From assembly GCA_039934655.1 (NCBI GenBank), contig JBDTLS010000001.1, positions 1 through 39,108 on the forward strand: 39,108 nt of DNA, read 5' to 3'. Both the position numbers and the translations under genes were made by a program. Each line of letters starts with the position of its first letter. Position 1 is the stretch's first letter. The notes below the pieces were generated by a model. That model did not search any database and was not told the origin of the DNA. It saw nothing but the letters and a program-made list of their open reading frames with translations. This document shows positions 1-9,852 of the stretch, piece by piece. This stretch comes from Sphingobium sp. (GTDB lineage Bacteria; Pseudomonadota; Alphaproteobacteria; Sphingomonadales; Sphingomonadaceae).

Positions 1-82
1 TGCCCATGTGATCTTTCCGTGGCCTTTCGCGCTGTTGCGGTGGATCGACCGCCTGTTGCCCATGGCGTTACGCGATCGGCTG

Positions 83-1597
83 CTAATCGGGCTTACACCT
101 ACGAACGGTTGAGCTCATGGGTATCGGCGGTTGAGCATCCGGCGCCACGCAGCGCATGATGGCATGGTGAAGGGCGGCGGGGGAAAGGTCGATACGACCG
201 GCGCTGCCATTCTGGACCGGCCCTCCACCGTCGAAACGCAGGATCACATACGGCGTGTGGCGTGCGTCTCCCGGCGCCGTCACACCGGGTATGCTCGGTC
301 GATGATCGCCGAAGAAAACCAACAGCGCGGGGCGTCCGTCCTTCGACAGCCGTTCGACCAATTCGCTCAACATGGTGTCGCTACTCCGCAGATGCCGCAG
401 ATAGGCGTCGCGGCGACCGCGTGCGTCTCGCGCATTGTCGCTGTCCCACGGCCCATGGTTTTCCATTGTCACTGAGTAGATCAGCGTCGGCCCCACGGCT
501 TGGTCGACGAGATGGATTAGCGAGGCCCCTAACGTGCGATCGTCGATATAGCGTCCAACGCGGTCGGAGATCGATGCGAACCTCTCCTCGCCGATCAAGT
601 TATCGAAACCGATTGTGGGCATCAGTTCATCGCGATTGTAGAAACGCATGTCGTGCGGATGGACGAAAGAACAATGATAGCCAGCGCCCCGCAGCCGGGC
701 CGACAGCGCGTACGATGCTTCGCCCCGCGCGGTTAAAAAAGGATCGTAGCGGCGAAAGCCGAGTTCAGCCTCGCTGCGACCAAACAGAACGCCATATTCC
801 GTGCGCATCGTATAAGCGCCGAACCCGCTGACGTGGAGATCGCCCCACTGCCATGCCGCCGCACGAGCGTTGGCCAGCCCGGGCAGCTCGTCCCGCGCCT
901 CTCCGGTGATCTCGACCGGATCCGCAAAGGATTCGCACTGCACGATGACGATGATCTCTGGCCGGGCGGTATGCGGGCCATCCCCTATTTCGCCCAGTGG
1001 GGGGCAGGGTTGCGGATCGGACGTGCGCCGCCAGCGCTGCCAGTAGAGAAGCAGGGTTGCGAGCAGGCCGTAACGATCGAGGTCGTTTGCGAGATCGGGC
1101 GCTTTCGCCGCCGCGTCGAACCACCGGTTGCTGAGCAGGAAGGGCAGGGCACCTCCGGAGAATAGCAGCAAGGCGATCCCGACCAGATGGGGATGCAGCT
1201 GTGTTGAGAATAGCAGAACGAGCACGAAGAGCGCGGTCAACGCAGCGATCGCAAACATCCCGCGCTGGTGCACCGGAATCGCCGTGAAATAGAAGCGCGG
1301 ATGGCGCACGACTGCGACGATTAGAGCCAGATCGGAGAAGATGAGCGGCTCCCCCAGCATCCTATGCTTCGCATTGGATGTGACCGCGAACAGCGCCATT
1401 AGCGCGGTCGCCAGAACCGCGGCAACCAGAGCATTGCCCGAGCATGCCAGCCAGAGCCCGAACGTGGCCGTCATGATCGCCGAGTGCAACACAAGGCCCT
1501 GCCAGCGCCGTATGCGCGTGGTGCGCGGCCGCACGGCTGCGTCCAATAGTAAGGACACGATCAGCATCGCCAGGAAAGGGATCACACCGTTCGCCAC
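83..1597 (-). CDS. LTA synthase/sulfatase-fold membrane protein, WcbQ-like capsule biosynthesis protein
   Basis: About 5 N-terminal hydrophobic helices, then alkaline-phosphatase-superfamily motifs QCESF, GAYTMRTEY, MENHGPW and FGDHRP; adjacent to a kpsS-like gene, as wcbQ is near wcbO in Burkholderia wcb clusters. Confidence 0.8.
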   Translation of the reverse strand: MANGVIPFLAMLIVSLLLDAAVRPRTTRIRRWQGLVLHSAIMTATFGLWLACSGNALVAAVLATALMALFAVTSNAKHRMLGEPLIFSDLALIVAVVRHPRFYFTAIPVHQRGMFAIAALTALFVLVLLFSTQLHPHLVGIALLLFSGGALPFLLSNRWFDAAAKAPDLANDLDRYGLLATLLLYWQRWRRTSDPQPCPPLGEIGDGPHTARPEIIVIVQCESFADPVEITGEARDELPGLANARAAAWQWGDLHVSGFGAYTMRTEYGVLFGRSEAELGFRRYDPFLTARGEASYALSARLRGAGYHCSFVHPHDMRFYNRDELMPTIGFDNLIGEERFASISDRVGRYIDDRTLGASLIHLVDQAVGPTLIYSVTMENHGPWDSDNARDARGRRDAYLRHLRSSDTMLSELVERLSKDGRPALLVFFGDHRPSIPGVTAPGDARHTPYVILRFDGGGPVQNGSAGRIDLSPAALHHAIMRCVAPDAQPPIPMSSTVRRCKPD

Positions 1598-1805
1598 AGA
1601 AATCGTCGCGTCGCCAGTCTTGATTGTGCTATGCCGTCTGGCCGCGGAAGAGGATCGTGACGGTCACGTCTAGCGGACAGCGCTGAGGGTGTCACTGCTC
1701 GACACGCCGCACGTACCTTGGAAAAATGCAAAGTGATCTGTATGCGTTGGCCCGATGGCGGCGCCGTCGACGGGCGCCAACGGCCAATTCAAAAGAAGAT
1801 CACCG

Positions 1806-3149
1806 ATGTCTGACATGATTCACCCTGGTCCCGTTTTGATGCCGCAGGTTGCGGCGCCGAGTCTGGCGCAACCGCTCGCCAGTCGAAACATCCTCCTGCT
1901 GCAAGGGCTGATGGGTCCGCTCTTCCGCCGGCTTGGACAGGCACTGCGAAGTGGCGGCTATGGTGTGCATAAGGTCAACTTCAATGGGGGCGACCGGCTG
2001 TTCTGGCGCCTGCCTAACGGGATCGATTACCGCGGATCACCGGCGGAATGGCCGGAGGCGCTCAAACGCTTGATCGCGGATCGTCAGATTACCGATGTCG
2101 TGCTTTTCGGCGATTGCCGCCCAATGCATATCGCGGCGATCGCGGTCTGTCGCGACCTTCACATTCCCGTCCATGTGTTCGAGGAGGGATATATTCGTCC
2201 CGACTGGGTCACGCTCGAGCTAGGCGGCGTAAATGGCCACTCGACCTTGCCGCGTGACCCGGCCTGGTATCGGGCTGAGGCGGCCGCACTGCCGCCAGTG
2301 TGCGAGCACCATCCGGTGCCGTCATCGTTCCGTCGTCGCGCGACCGAGGGCGTGATCTACAACGCCGCGGATGTGTTGACGCGGTGGTACTATCCGCATT
2401 GGGAGAACCATCGGCCCTGGCATCCGCTGGTCGAGGGGATGGGCTGGGCACGACGGCTGATGCGGCGCAAGGTTGCGGCGGCACGGACGCATGATGTGCT
2501 TGCCGCGCTTGAGGCAAGCGGCGAACCTTACGTGATCTTTCCGCTGCAACTCGATTCGGATGCGCAGATCCGGCTGCACTCCTCCTTCGCCGGCATCGCC
2601 GATGCCCTGCGCCTGGTGATTGGGTCGTTCGCCGCCAACGCGTCTCCTGAGACGCGGTTGGTGGTGAAAGAGCATCCGCTCGACAATGGGGTCCGTGACT
2701 GGCGGCTTGAGACCGCGGAACTTGCCAAGCTTTACGGGGTGAACGACCGCGTCGACTATCTCGAAGGCGGTGACATCGTGGCGGTTGCGCAGCGCTCCAG
2801 GGGGGTGGTGACGATTAACAGCACCAGCGGCACATTGGCGCTGGCGCTCAATGTGCCGGTGATCGCGCTTGGCCAGGCGGTTTATAATATCGAGGGCATT
2901 ACCTTTCAGGGGCGGCTCGACGATTTCTGGTGCGATCCTGGAAAGCCTGACGCAGAGACCTTCGCCGCTTTCCGGCGCGTGCTGATCGATCGCTGCCTCG
3001 TGGCCGGCGGGTTCTTCTCCGAAGAAGCCCTCGCGAAGTTGACCTTGGGCGTCATCGCCCGGCTGGAGGCCGCCATTCCGTTGAAGCCTGCTGCGGTTGC
3101 CTACCAAGACACACCAAAGTCGGAGAAAGGGGTTCTTGCCGCGGATTGA
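1806..3149 (+). CDS. kpsS: Capsule biosynthesis protein, KpsS/WcbO/LipB family (Kdo-transferase-like)
   Basis: Motifs LLLQGLMGPLF, FGDCRP, FEEGYIRPDWVTLE.GGVNGHS, PLQLDSDAQIR, KEHPLD and TINSTSG. ATG at 1806 follows a purine-rich tract (the ORF track starts at 1755). Confidence 0.88.
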   Translation: MSDMIHPGPVLMPQVAAPSLAQPLASRNILLLQGLMGPLFRRLGQALRSGGYGVHKVNFNGGDRLFWRLPNGIDYRGSPAEWPEALKRLIADRQITDVVLFGDCRPMHIAAIAVCRDLHIPVHVFEEGYIRPDWVTLELGGVNGHSTLPRDPAWYRAEAAALPPVCEHHPVPSSFRRRATEGVIYNAADVLTRWYYPHWENHRPWHPLVEGMGWARRLMRRKVAAARTHDVLAALEASGEPYVIFPLQLDSDAQIRLHSSFAGIADALRLVIGSFAANASPETRLVVKEHPLDNGVRDWRLETAELAKLYGVNDRVDYLEGGDIVAVAQRSRGVVTINSTSGTLALALNVPVIALGQAVYNIEGITFQGRLDDFWCDPGKPDAETFAAFRRVLIDRCLVAGGFFSEEALAKLTLGVIARLEAAIPLKPAAVAYQDTPKSEKGVLAAD

Positions 3150-4027
3150 GCGCTTCCTTGTCTTGCAGTAAAGACGCGACTGGCGGCACCGTACTTGCCG
3201 CTCAAAGGCATCTGCTCCCGGAGGAACGTTTGAACTGGAATGAAACGGTCAATGCACGCGGGTGGAAGGTGCCGTTCGTGGGCAAGTCCCCGTATCAGAT
3301 CGGCAAGGAACTGCGCCCGCGGATCGACGCGATCATCATGCGCGGCTCGCCCGTCCCGGATGAGCCGGTTGTAAGCAAGGCATTCTTCGCCTGGATTCCG
3401 GTCCTCGAACGCCAATGGCGCGATATCCAGGCCGAGGCGACCAGGGTCCGCACCGAAGATATTCCTTCGCTGGGGGACATCTCGTTCGACCATGGCCGAA
3501 TCGCAAAGGATCGCCGCTGGAAGTCTTTCTTCCTGAAAGGGTATGGCTACCGGATGGAACGCAATTGCGCGCGGGCGCCGATCACCGCGTCGTTGATCGA
3601 AAAGGTGCCAGGTCTCGTGACGGCGACGTTCTCCGTCCTCGAAGCCGGCGGTCATATCCCGCGCCATACGGGCATGACCAAGGGCATGCTGACCTATCAC
3701 CTCGGACTCAAGGTGCCGGCCGAGCGCGAAAAATGCCGCATGAATATCGAGGGCACGGATCAACTGCACATCATGCCCTGGCGAGAGGGGGATTCGTTTG
3801 TCTTCGATGACATGTATAACCACGAAGTGTGGAACGAAACGAGTGAGGATCGCTATATATTGCTGATACAAATCAAACGCCCATGTCGCGGGCTAGGCAA
3901 CTTCATTCAGAATGTTTTTTTGTTCGCCGTGCGGTACTCACGCTTCGTTCAAGACATCGTGCGTAATATCAACGATGCTGGTCACAAGGTCTCGGCCGCA
4001 AGCACGGTTATTCAATCTGAACATTGA
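3146..4027 (+). CDS. Aspartyl/asparaginyl beta-hydroxylase family (LpxO-like) Fe(II)/2OG dioxygenase
   Basis: FSVLEAGGHIPRH, YHLGLKVP, WREGDSFVFDDMYNHEVWNETSEDRYIL; the ORF overlaps the kpsS stop. True start uncertain. Confidence 0.85.
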   Translation: MSASLSCSKDATGGTVLAAQRHLLPEERLNWNETVNARGWKVPFVGKSPYQIGKELRPRIDAIIMRGSPVPDEPVVSKAFFAWIPVLERQWRDIQAEATRVRTEDIPSLGDISFDHGRIAKDRRWKSFFLKGYGYRMERNCARAPITASLIEKVPGLVTATFSVLEAGGHIPRHTGMTKGMLTYHLGLKVPAEREKCRMNIEGTDQLHIMPWREGDSFVFDDMYNHEVWNETSEDRYILLIQIKRPCRGLGNFIQNVFLFAVRYSRFVQDIVRNINDAGHKVSAASTVIQSEH

Positions 4028-4042
4028 ACCGGCTGCTCGGAA

Positions 4043-4813
4043 TCAGCGTCGCCGGGCTTGCGAGTGGTACAACCGCTGCCAGATTACTCTCGCCAAACGC
4101 AGGTCCCCTCTGCGTAGCGCCCTATGAAAGATCTCGCGATGCTCGCGCCGACTGAGCAGGCCGGGCTCGAGCTCCTCAAGCAGCGAGGTAAGCTCTCGTG
4201 ACGAGACGAGACCGATCATGTTGAGCGCACCGTGGAAGCCGAACTCTTCCCCGGTCGGGGTTATGCGTTCGTATGCGAAACGCCGAGCTACCTCTTCCGG
4301 CGCGAAGCGCAGCCCAAAGCGCTCCTCGAGTAGCTGACGATGGGTGCGGCAGATCGCAACGTCCTCGGGCTCACTGGAAATCGGGAGCGCCGCGCAGGCC
4401 TCAACAAGCCGCCGTGACCGCAGTGAAAAGCCGCCGTTGCCAACCCGCATTCTGTCCGCAAAGTGGGGCCAGGGCGCACCAATATAATCATAGTTGAGAA
4501 ATGCGGGATCCCACTGCCCCGGGTTGAGAACATAACCGTCCCACTGGATGCAAAGAGCGTGCTGGGTCGTCAGATGGGTTGCAAGACCACGCAGCATGAA
4601 GCTTGAATATTCGACCCGAGAGCTAATCGGTGGAATCGGTCGCCATTCGGCCAGCGTCCCCGTAGGCGGAGTACGATCACTGAGGAAGAGGGCTTCGCCG
4701 AAGCAGAGGCCCCGCTGGGACAGCGCCAGCGCACGCGCCGTGGCAGACAGCGCAACGCCCGTGACCGCTAGCAGAGTCACCTCGGGCAGGACGCGAACCG
4801 TGTCTTCCCGCAC
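4043..4813 (-). CDS. DUF5672-family protein (putative GT-A-like)
   Basis: QWDGYVL...YDYIGAPW, VGNGGFSLRSRRL, PEDV and FGFHG motifs. In-frame GTG at 4813 just after the upstream GT stop (4825); the longer ORF to 5053 overlaps that GT. Confidence 0.75.
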   Translation of the reverse strand: MREDTVRVLPEVTLLAVTGVALSATARALALSQRGLCFGEALFLSDRTPPTGTLAEWRPIPPISSRVEYSSFMLRGLATHLTTQHALCIQWDGYVLNPGQWDPAFLNYDYIGAPWPHFADRMRVGNGGFSLRSRRLVEACAALPISSEPEDVAICRTHRQLLEERFGLRFAPEEVARRFAYERITPTGEEFGFHGALNMIGLVSSRELTSLLEELEPGLLSRREHREIFHRALRRGDLRLARVIWQRLYHSQARRR

Positions 4814-4824
4814 TTCTTGCGTGT

Positions 4825-6375
4825 CTAGAAAGCCAGCAGGCAACGTTCGGACTCTCGGCGAAACAGGGGGCTGTGATGCGGATCGATTGCTGTTTCCGTA
4901 CCCCAGCGCGTGCGCAACGTCAGAAGCTCGCGCTCGAATCGCGAAAGATCGGCGCCACGGCGTATCGTTCCGCGCGAGCGCGACTCGTGATGAAGCAGCG
5001 TCGCTGAAGCGCAATATACCGTCCGCCAATTGCGTGCGGCAAGCCTGAGGCATAGATCGACATCGTTGAAATCGATCCCAAAGCTCTGCTCATCCATACC
5101 GCCGACAGCGACAAACTTCGCCCGGTCAACAAGCAGGCATGCTGCGGTGACCGCCGACGTGAAACGGGTTTCGCCGTGCCATGGGGCAAATGCTCCCGGA
5201 ATAGGTTTAGCTCCCTTGTCGACATGTCCGGCGGCGCCGCCGATCCCCAGCGCCACGCCAGCGTGCTGGATCGCTCGGTCGGGATAAAGCAACCGGGCCC
5301 CGACCGCGCCGACGTCATCGCGCACCGCAAGCACTGCCATCTGTTCCAGCCAATCGGGCGAGAGCGTTTCGACGTCGTTGTTGAGCAGGCAAATCAGCTC
5401 CCCACTCGCTGAAGCGACGCCGGCATTAACTAATGCTGCGAAGTTGAACGGGCCAGGTCTCGAGAGCACGCGCGCGCGCGCCGTCGCTTCCAGTCGCTCG
5501 AACAGCGTTTTAGTCCGAGGCTCCCGACTGTCGTTGTCAACCACGATGATCTCGCGAGCGCCTGGAAACCGGGTGTTTGATAAACCGTTCAGACAAGATT
5601 CGAGCAAATCCGCCCGGTCGCGCGTGGGCACGATCACGCTAATCGAAACTGGCGGCGCAGTGACCACCGGACGCGCAGAGGCAACGCGCGTGTCTTTGCG
5701 ATGCGTCAGAACGAACGACAGGTGTAGGGGGACGGTTTCTTCAGCAACGTTTAGTGCAAGAGCGGACCAGTCCTCAATCGACTCGCCGGTCACTGCATCC
5801 GCCCGCAACACGCTGCTACCGAGGAGGCCGTCATGGGTGCGGAAAAGCAGTGGGTCCCAATCGGGTTTGATCCAGGGCGCGGTCCGGCCTTTCGAATCCA
5901 GCCGATCCTCATCCCAATAGACAAGCCGTGCGGCGCAGCCTTTCAAGCGTAAGGCCAGTACCGCTCCTAGCGCCGGCGATACCAGATCCCCGGCGCGAAT
6001 CGGTAGCAACCAGGCCGGACGGCCCGATGCGGATAATGGGGCAGAGGCATCGAAGATCGGGACGTCGGTGCCGAAGGACGCTGCAAGGCTCGCACGTGTC
6101 GCTACGCTGTCGCCCCCGAGAAGAACCACGCCTACATGACCGGACGCAGCAGCGCTTGCGGGCGGCAATATTGTAGGTTCGACAGTCTTGATCCAGGCAG
6201 CGTAACAATTTGGATGCTCGGCGGCTGCAAGGCAGATCCGATTCCACGCACGCACTTTTTTCCCTCGCAAAAGCGCCAGTAGACCGCTTACCGCGAGGCT
6301 GGGCCTTGCCGTGAGCGCGAGGCGTAGCACCGTAGGCCACGCCCAAGGCACAGTTCCGGCTGAAAAAACGGACAT
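4825..6375 (-). CDS. Family 2 glycosyltransferase (degenerate + intact GT-A domains; possibly a rhamnosyltransferase)
   Basis: YWDED..PWIKPDWDP, SVIVPTRDR, VVDNDS, FNFAALVN, LLNND, IQHAGV, SAVTAACLL, FNDVDLCLRL, HHESRSRG; directly downstream of rmlA. Confidence 0.88.
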   Translation of the reverse strand: MSVFSAGTVPWAWPTVLRLALTARPSLAVSGLLALLRGKKVRAWNRICLAAAEHPNCYAAWIKTVEPTILPPASAAASGHVGVVLLGGDSVATRASLAASFGTDVPIFDASAPLSASGRPAWLLPIRAGDLVSPALGAVLALRLKGCAARLVYWDEDRLDSKGRTAPWIKPDWDPLLFRTHDGLLGSSVLRADAVTGESIEDWSALALNVAEETVPLHLSFVLTHRKDTRVASARPVVTAPPVSISVIVPTRDRADLLESCLNGLSNTRFPGAREIIVVDNDSREPRTKTLFERLEATARARVLSRPGPFNFAALVNAGVASASGELICLLNNDVETLSPDWLEQMAVLAVRDDVGAVGARLLYPDRAIQHAGVALGIGGAAGHVDKGAKPIPGAFAPWHGETRFTSAVTAACLLVDRAKFVAVGGMDEQSFGIDFNDVDLCLRLAARNWRTVYCASATLLHHESRSRGTIRRGADLSRFERELLTLRTRWGTETAIDPHHSPLFRRESERCLLAF

Positions 6376-6379
6376 GTTC

Positions 6380-7255
6380 CTAAACGCGAGATTCCATCAC
6401 AACGCGCCGAATATACGCGGCGTAGTCGCTCTTGCCGAGCCGGGCGGCGGCGCGTTCCAGCCCTGCACTATCGATAAAGTCCATGCGGAATGCGATCTCC
6501 TCCGGGCAGGCGATCTTGAACCCCTGTCGTTTCTCAAGTGTGGAGACGAATTGCGCTGCAGCGAGCAGGCTGTCCGGCGTGCCTGTATCAAGCCACGCGT
6601 AGCCGCGCCCCATGATCTCGACCGACAATGCGCCGCGCTCGAGATAGACGCGATTGACATCAGTGATCTCGAACTCGCCGCGATCGGACGGTGCGATCCC
6701 ACTGGCGATGTCGATGACCTGTTCGTCGTAGAAATACAGACCAGTCACCGCCCAGTTCGAGCGTGGGCTGGCAGGCTTTTCCTCGATCGAGATCGCACGC
6801 ATCGTGTTGTCGAAATCGACCACGCCGTAACGCTCGGGATCGGCGACATGATAGGCGAACACCGTTGCCCCGGATGGTTTCTCAATCGCGTTCTTAAACA
6901 GGTCGTCGATCGCATGACCGTAGAAAATGTTGTCGCCGAGGATCAATGCGGAGGGGCCGCCACGAACGAAGTCCGCACCGATCGTATAGGCCTGGGCGAG
7001 CCCCTTCGGCTCGGCTTGGACGGCGTATTGGATTTCGATGCCCCATTGCGATCCATCGCCAAGAAGATTCCGAAACGCTGCGGCGTCGTGCGGTGTGGTG
7101 ATGACCAGAACCTCACGGATTCGGGCGAGCATCAGCGTGGCGAGCGGATAGTAGATCATCGGCTTGTCGTAGATGGGCATCAGCTGCTTCGAGGCAGCCA
7201 GTGTCATCGGATAAAGCCGGGAGCCGCTACCCCCGGCCAGTATAATACCTTTCAT
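6380..7255 (-). CDS. rfbA: Glucose-1-phosphate thymidylyltransferase RmlA (RfbA)
   Basis: MKGIILAGGSGSRLYP, SKQLMPIYDKPMIYYPL, LILGDNIFYG, RGYAWLDTGT; ATG at 7255. Confidence 0.97.
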   Translation of the reverse strand: MKGIILAGGSGSRLYPMTLAASKQLMPIYDKPMIYYPLATLMLARIREVLVITTPHDAAAFRNLLGDGSQWGIEIQYAVQAEPKGLAQAYTIGADFVRGGPSALILGDNIFYGHAIDDLFKNAIEKPSGATVFAYHVADPERYGVVDFDNTMRAISIEEKPASPRSNWAVTGLYFYDEQVIDIASGIAPSDRGEFEITDVNRVYLERGALSVEIMGRGYAWLDTGTPDSLLAAAQFVSTLEKRQGFKIACPEEIAFRMDFIDSAGLERAAARLGKSDYAAYIRRVVMESRV

Positions 7256-7286
7256 TTGAACGCTTGCCCTTCTTGTGGATAATGAT

Positions 7287-8174
7287 TCAGCCCGCCGGCT
7301 GCAGCCGTGCAACAACATTTTGGAGCGACGACGGCCAGTTCGGCAAGACTATACCATGCGCTACGGCAATGCGCCCGCAATCGAGGCGTGAGTTACGCGG
7401 TCGTTGCGCGGGGGTGGGATATTCTGCTGTAGTGATCCGATGAACCCTCGCCTGCGGACCGCCATTCGCGGCAGAAAACGCGAAGACAGCCTCGGCGAAA
7501 TCTGCCCAGTTCGCCTCACCTGCCGCGGTCATGTGAAACACGCCGCGCAGGGTCGGATCCGAATTTGCGGCGAGATTGACCGCTACGCGCAGGATGCCGT
7601 CAGCTATATCGAGCGCACTGGTGGGATTGCCGATCTGATCGGCGACGACTGACACTTCGTCTTGATCTCTTGCGAGGCGAAGCATCGTCTTTACGAAATT
7701 CCTGCCAACCGGGCTGTAGACCCATGCGATCCGCAATATTGCGGTTTCGGAACCATTTGCCGCGAGCACGGCCTGCTCACCAGCCAGTTTGGAGGCGCCA
7801 TACACAGAGGCCGGCGCTGTCGAATCGGTCTCGACATAGGGCCGATCAAGTGTGCCGTCGAAAACATAATCGGTCGATACATGGACCAGCGGCACGCGGA
7901 GCGCGCGGGCTGCCTTGGCCACTGCACCGGCGCCTTCAGCGTTGATCGAATAAGCGCGCTCGCGATCGGCCTCCGCCGCGTCGACCGCTGTATAGGCGGC
8001 GGCCGAGATCACGACGTCGGGAGCGGCCGCTTCGAGCGCGGGGCCAATTGATGCCGGATCGGCGAGATCAAGCGCGGGCCGGCCGACCGTTATCACTTCG
8101 TGCCCGGCGGCGGGGGCCCGGTCGATCAGGCATGAGACAAGTTGTCCGACCCGGCCGGTAACGGCAATCCTCAT
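7287..8174 (-). CDS. rfbD: dTDP-4-dehydrorhamnose reductase RmlD (RfbD)
   Basis: [55 protein letters not shown]. Confidence 0.96.
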   Translation of the reverse strand: MRIAVTGRVGQLVSCLIDRAPAAGHEVITVGRPALDLADPASIGPALEAAAPDVVISAAAYTAVDAAEADRERAYSINAEGAGAVAKAARALRVPLVHVSTDYVFDGTLDRPYVETDSTAPASVYGASKLAGEQAVLAANGSETAILRIAWVYSPVGRNFVKTMLRLARDQDEVSVVADQIGNPTSALDIADGILRVAVNLAANSDPTLRGVFHMTAAGEANWADFAEAVFAFSAANGGPQARVHRITTAEYPTPAQRPRNSRLDCGRIAVAHGIVLPNWPSSLQNVVARLQPAG

Positions 8175-9244
8175 GCTGGCGTCGCGGCGGCCGGCGCTGC
8201 CTCGGCGAGACCCAGGCGCCGGCCGTCATACCGCTCCCGGAGCGGCTTCCACCACCATTCATTGTCGAGATACCAGCGAACAGTGCGCTCGATTCCGGTA
8301 TCGAAGGTCTCCTGTGCCTGCCAGCCCAGTTCGGTTTCGAGCTTGGTCGCGTCGATGGCGTAGCGAGCGTCGTGACCGGGACGATCAGCGACGAAGGCAA
8401 TCAGACTTTCCCGCGCTATCCGGACGGGAACCAGCTCGTCGAGGACAGCGCAGATACGGCGGACGACGTCGATGTTTCGTCGCTCGTTGCGGCCACCGAC
8501 ATTGTAGGTTTCCCCTGGAAGGCCCCTCGCAGCGACGAGATCGAGCGCGCGGGCATGATCCTCGACATAAAGCCAATCGCGAACATTCTCCCCAGCCCCG
8601 TAGATTGGCAAGGCTCGCCCAGCGAGCGCGTTGAGGATGGTGAGTGGAATTAGCTTTTCGGGGAAATGATAGGGCCCGTAGTTATTCGAGCAGTTCGAAA
8701 CGATCACCGGCAGGCCGTAGGTTCGATGCCATGCCTTGGCGAGGTGGTCGGAAGCGGCCTTGGAAGCCGAGTAGGGCGAGCTCGGATCATAGGGCGTCGA
8801 CTCGGTAAAAAGTCCCTCGTCGCCGAGCGAACCGTAGACCTCGTCTGTAGAGACGTGCAAGAAGCGGAAATCCAGGTTCGCCTGGCCATCCAGGCCATTC
8901 CAGTAAGCGCGGGCCGCCTCGAGGAGGGTGAAGGTTCCCACCATATTGGTCCGGATGAAATCAGCGGCGCCGGTGATTGATCGGTCGACATGGCTTTCAG
9001 CCGCGAGGTGCATGATACGATCGGGCGCAAAGCTGACAAACGCCGCGTCCATCGCCGGTCGATCGCAAATATCTGCTTTAAGGAAACGGTGGTTCGGGCT
9101 GTCGCGCACGGCGCGCAACGAGGCCTCGCAACCGGCGTAGGTCAGCGCATCGACCGTGAGAACGTCATAGCCTTTCTCGAGCACGAGGTGGCGGACAAGG
9201 GCTGAGCCGATGAAGCCGGCGCCGCCGGTCACAATCACGCGCAT
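8171..9244 (-). CDS. rfbB: dTDP-glucose 4,6-dehydratase RmlB (RfbB)
   Basis: [65 protein letters not shown]; ATGA overlap with rmlD. Confidence 0.97.
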   Translation of the reverse strand: MRVIVTGGAGFIGSALVRHLVLEKGYDVLTVDALTYAGCEASLRAVRDSPNHRFLKADICDRPAMDAAFVSFAPDRIMHLAAESHVDRSITGAADFIRTNMVGTFTLLEAARAYWNGLDGQANLDFRFLHVSTDEVYGSLGDEGLFTESTPYDPSSPYSASKAASDHLAKAWHRTYGLPVIVSNCSNNYGPYHFPEKLIPLTILNALAGRALPIYGAGENVRDWLYVEDHARALDLVAARGLPGETYNVGGRNERRNIDVVRRICAVLDELVPVRIARESLIAFVADRPGHDARYAIDATKLETELGWQAQETFDTGIERTVRWYLDNEWWWKPLRERYDGRRLGLAEAAPAAATPA

Positions 9245-9247
9245 GAA

Positions 9248-9811
9248 TTATTTGCTCCAGGCGAAGGTGGTGCGAAGGTCGCGAAGAAGAGGTTGCATGC
9301 GGTCCTTGGCCGAAAGCGTATCGGGCTCGGCGCCGTCCGGCCAAGTCACGCCGATCGCCGGATCGTCCCACGCCAAACCCTTGTCGGATTCAGCATTATA
9401 GTAGGCAGTCACCTTATAGGCGATCACCGTGTCGGGTTCCAGCGTGCAGAAGCCATGTGCGAACCCGGCTGGAATCCAGAGCTGCTTGCCGTTGCCAGGC
9501 GTAAGCGTCTCACCGGCCCATTTGCCAAAGGTGGGCGAGCCTTGGCGGATATCGACAGCCACGTCGAACAGAGCGCCCGCAGTACACCGAACGAGTTTGC
9601 CCTGTGCATGCGGCGCCGTCTGAAAATGAAGGCCGCGTATAGTGCCTTTCCGAGCACTCAGCGACTCATTGTCCTGAACGAAAGCGTAATCGCCGCACTG
9701 CCGCGCGAAAACATCAGCGCGGAAAATCTCGGCAAAATAGCCCCGCTCATCGCCAATATGCTTCGGCGTGATCAATCGCAGGTCGGGAATGTCGTAAATA
9801 TAGGTTTCCAT
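9248..9811 (-). CDS. rfbC: dTDP-4-dehydrorhamnose 3,5-epimerase RmlC (RfbC)
   Basis: DERGYF, QDNESLS, IRGLHFQ, QGKLVRC, DVAVDIR.GSPTFGKW, GFAHGF, LSAKD. Confidence 0.97.
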   Translation of the reverse strand: METYIYDIPDLRLITPKHIGDERGYFAEIFRADVFARQCGDYAFVQDNESLSARKGTIRGLHFQTAPHAQGKLVRCTAGALFDVAVDIRQGSPTFGKWAGETLTPGNGKQLWIPAGFAHGFCTLEPDTVIAYKVTAYYNAESDKGLAWDDPAIGVTWPDGAEPDTLSAKDRMQPLLRDLRTTFAWSK

Positions 9812-9852
9812 GACTCGCTTTCATTCCTCAGCCTGGTAACGCCGCAGAACGC

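Noticed and set aside
1806-3149. Absence of kpsC/kpsF/kpsU as a novelty
   Set aside because: The locus is probably cut by the window edges, so these genes may lie outside it.
6311-7282. 323-aa plus-strand ORF, and similar long antisense ORFs (2322-3107, 3101-3871, 13436-14179, 15077-15826, 24741-25535)
   Set aside because: Antisense shadows of well-supported genes in high-GC DNA; no recognisable motifs.
6380-9811. rmlC-B-D-A gene order
   Set aside because: Differs from enteric rmlBDAC, but order variants are common; not novel.
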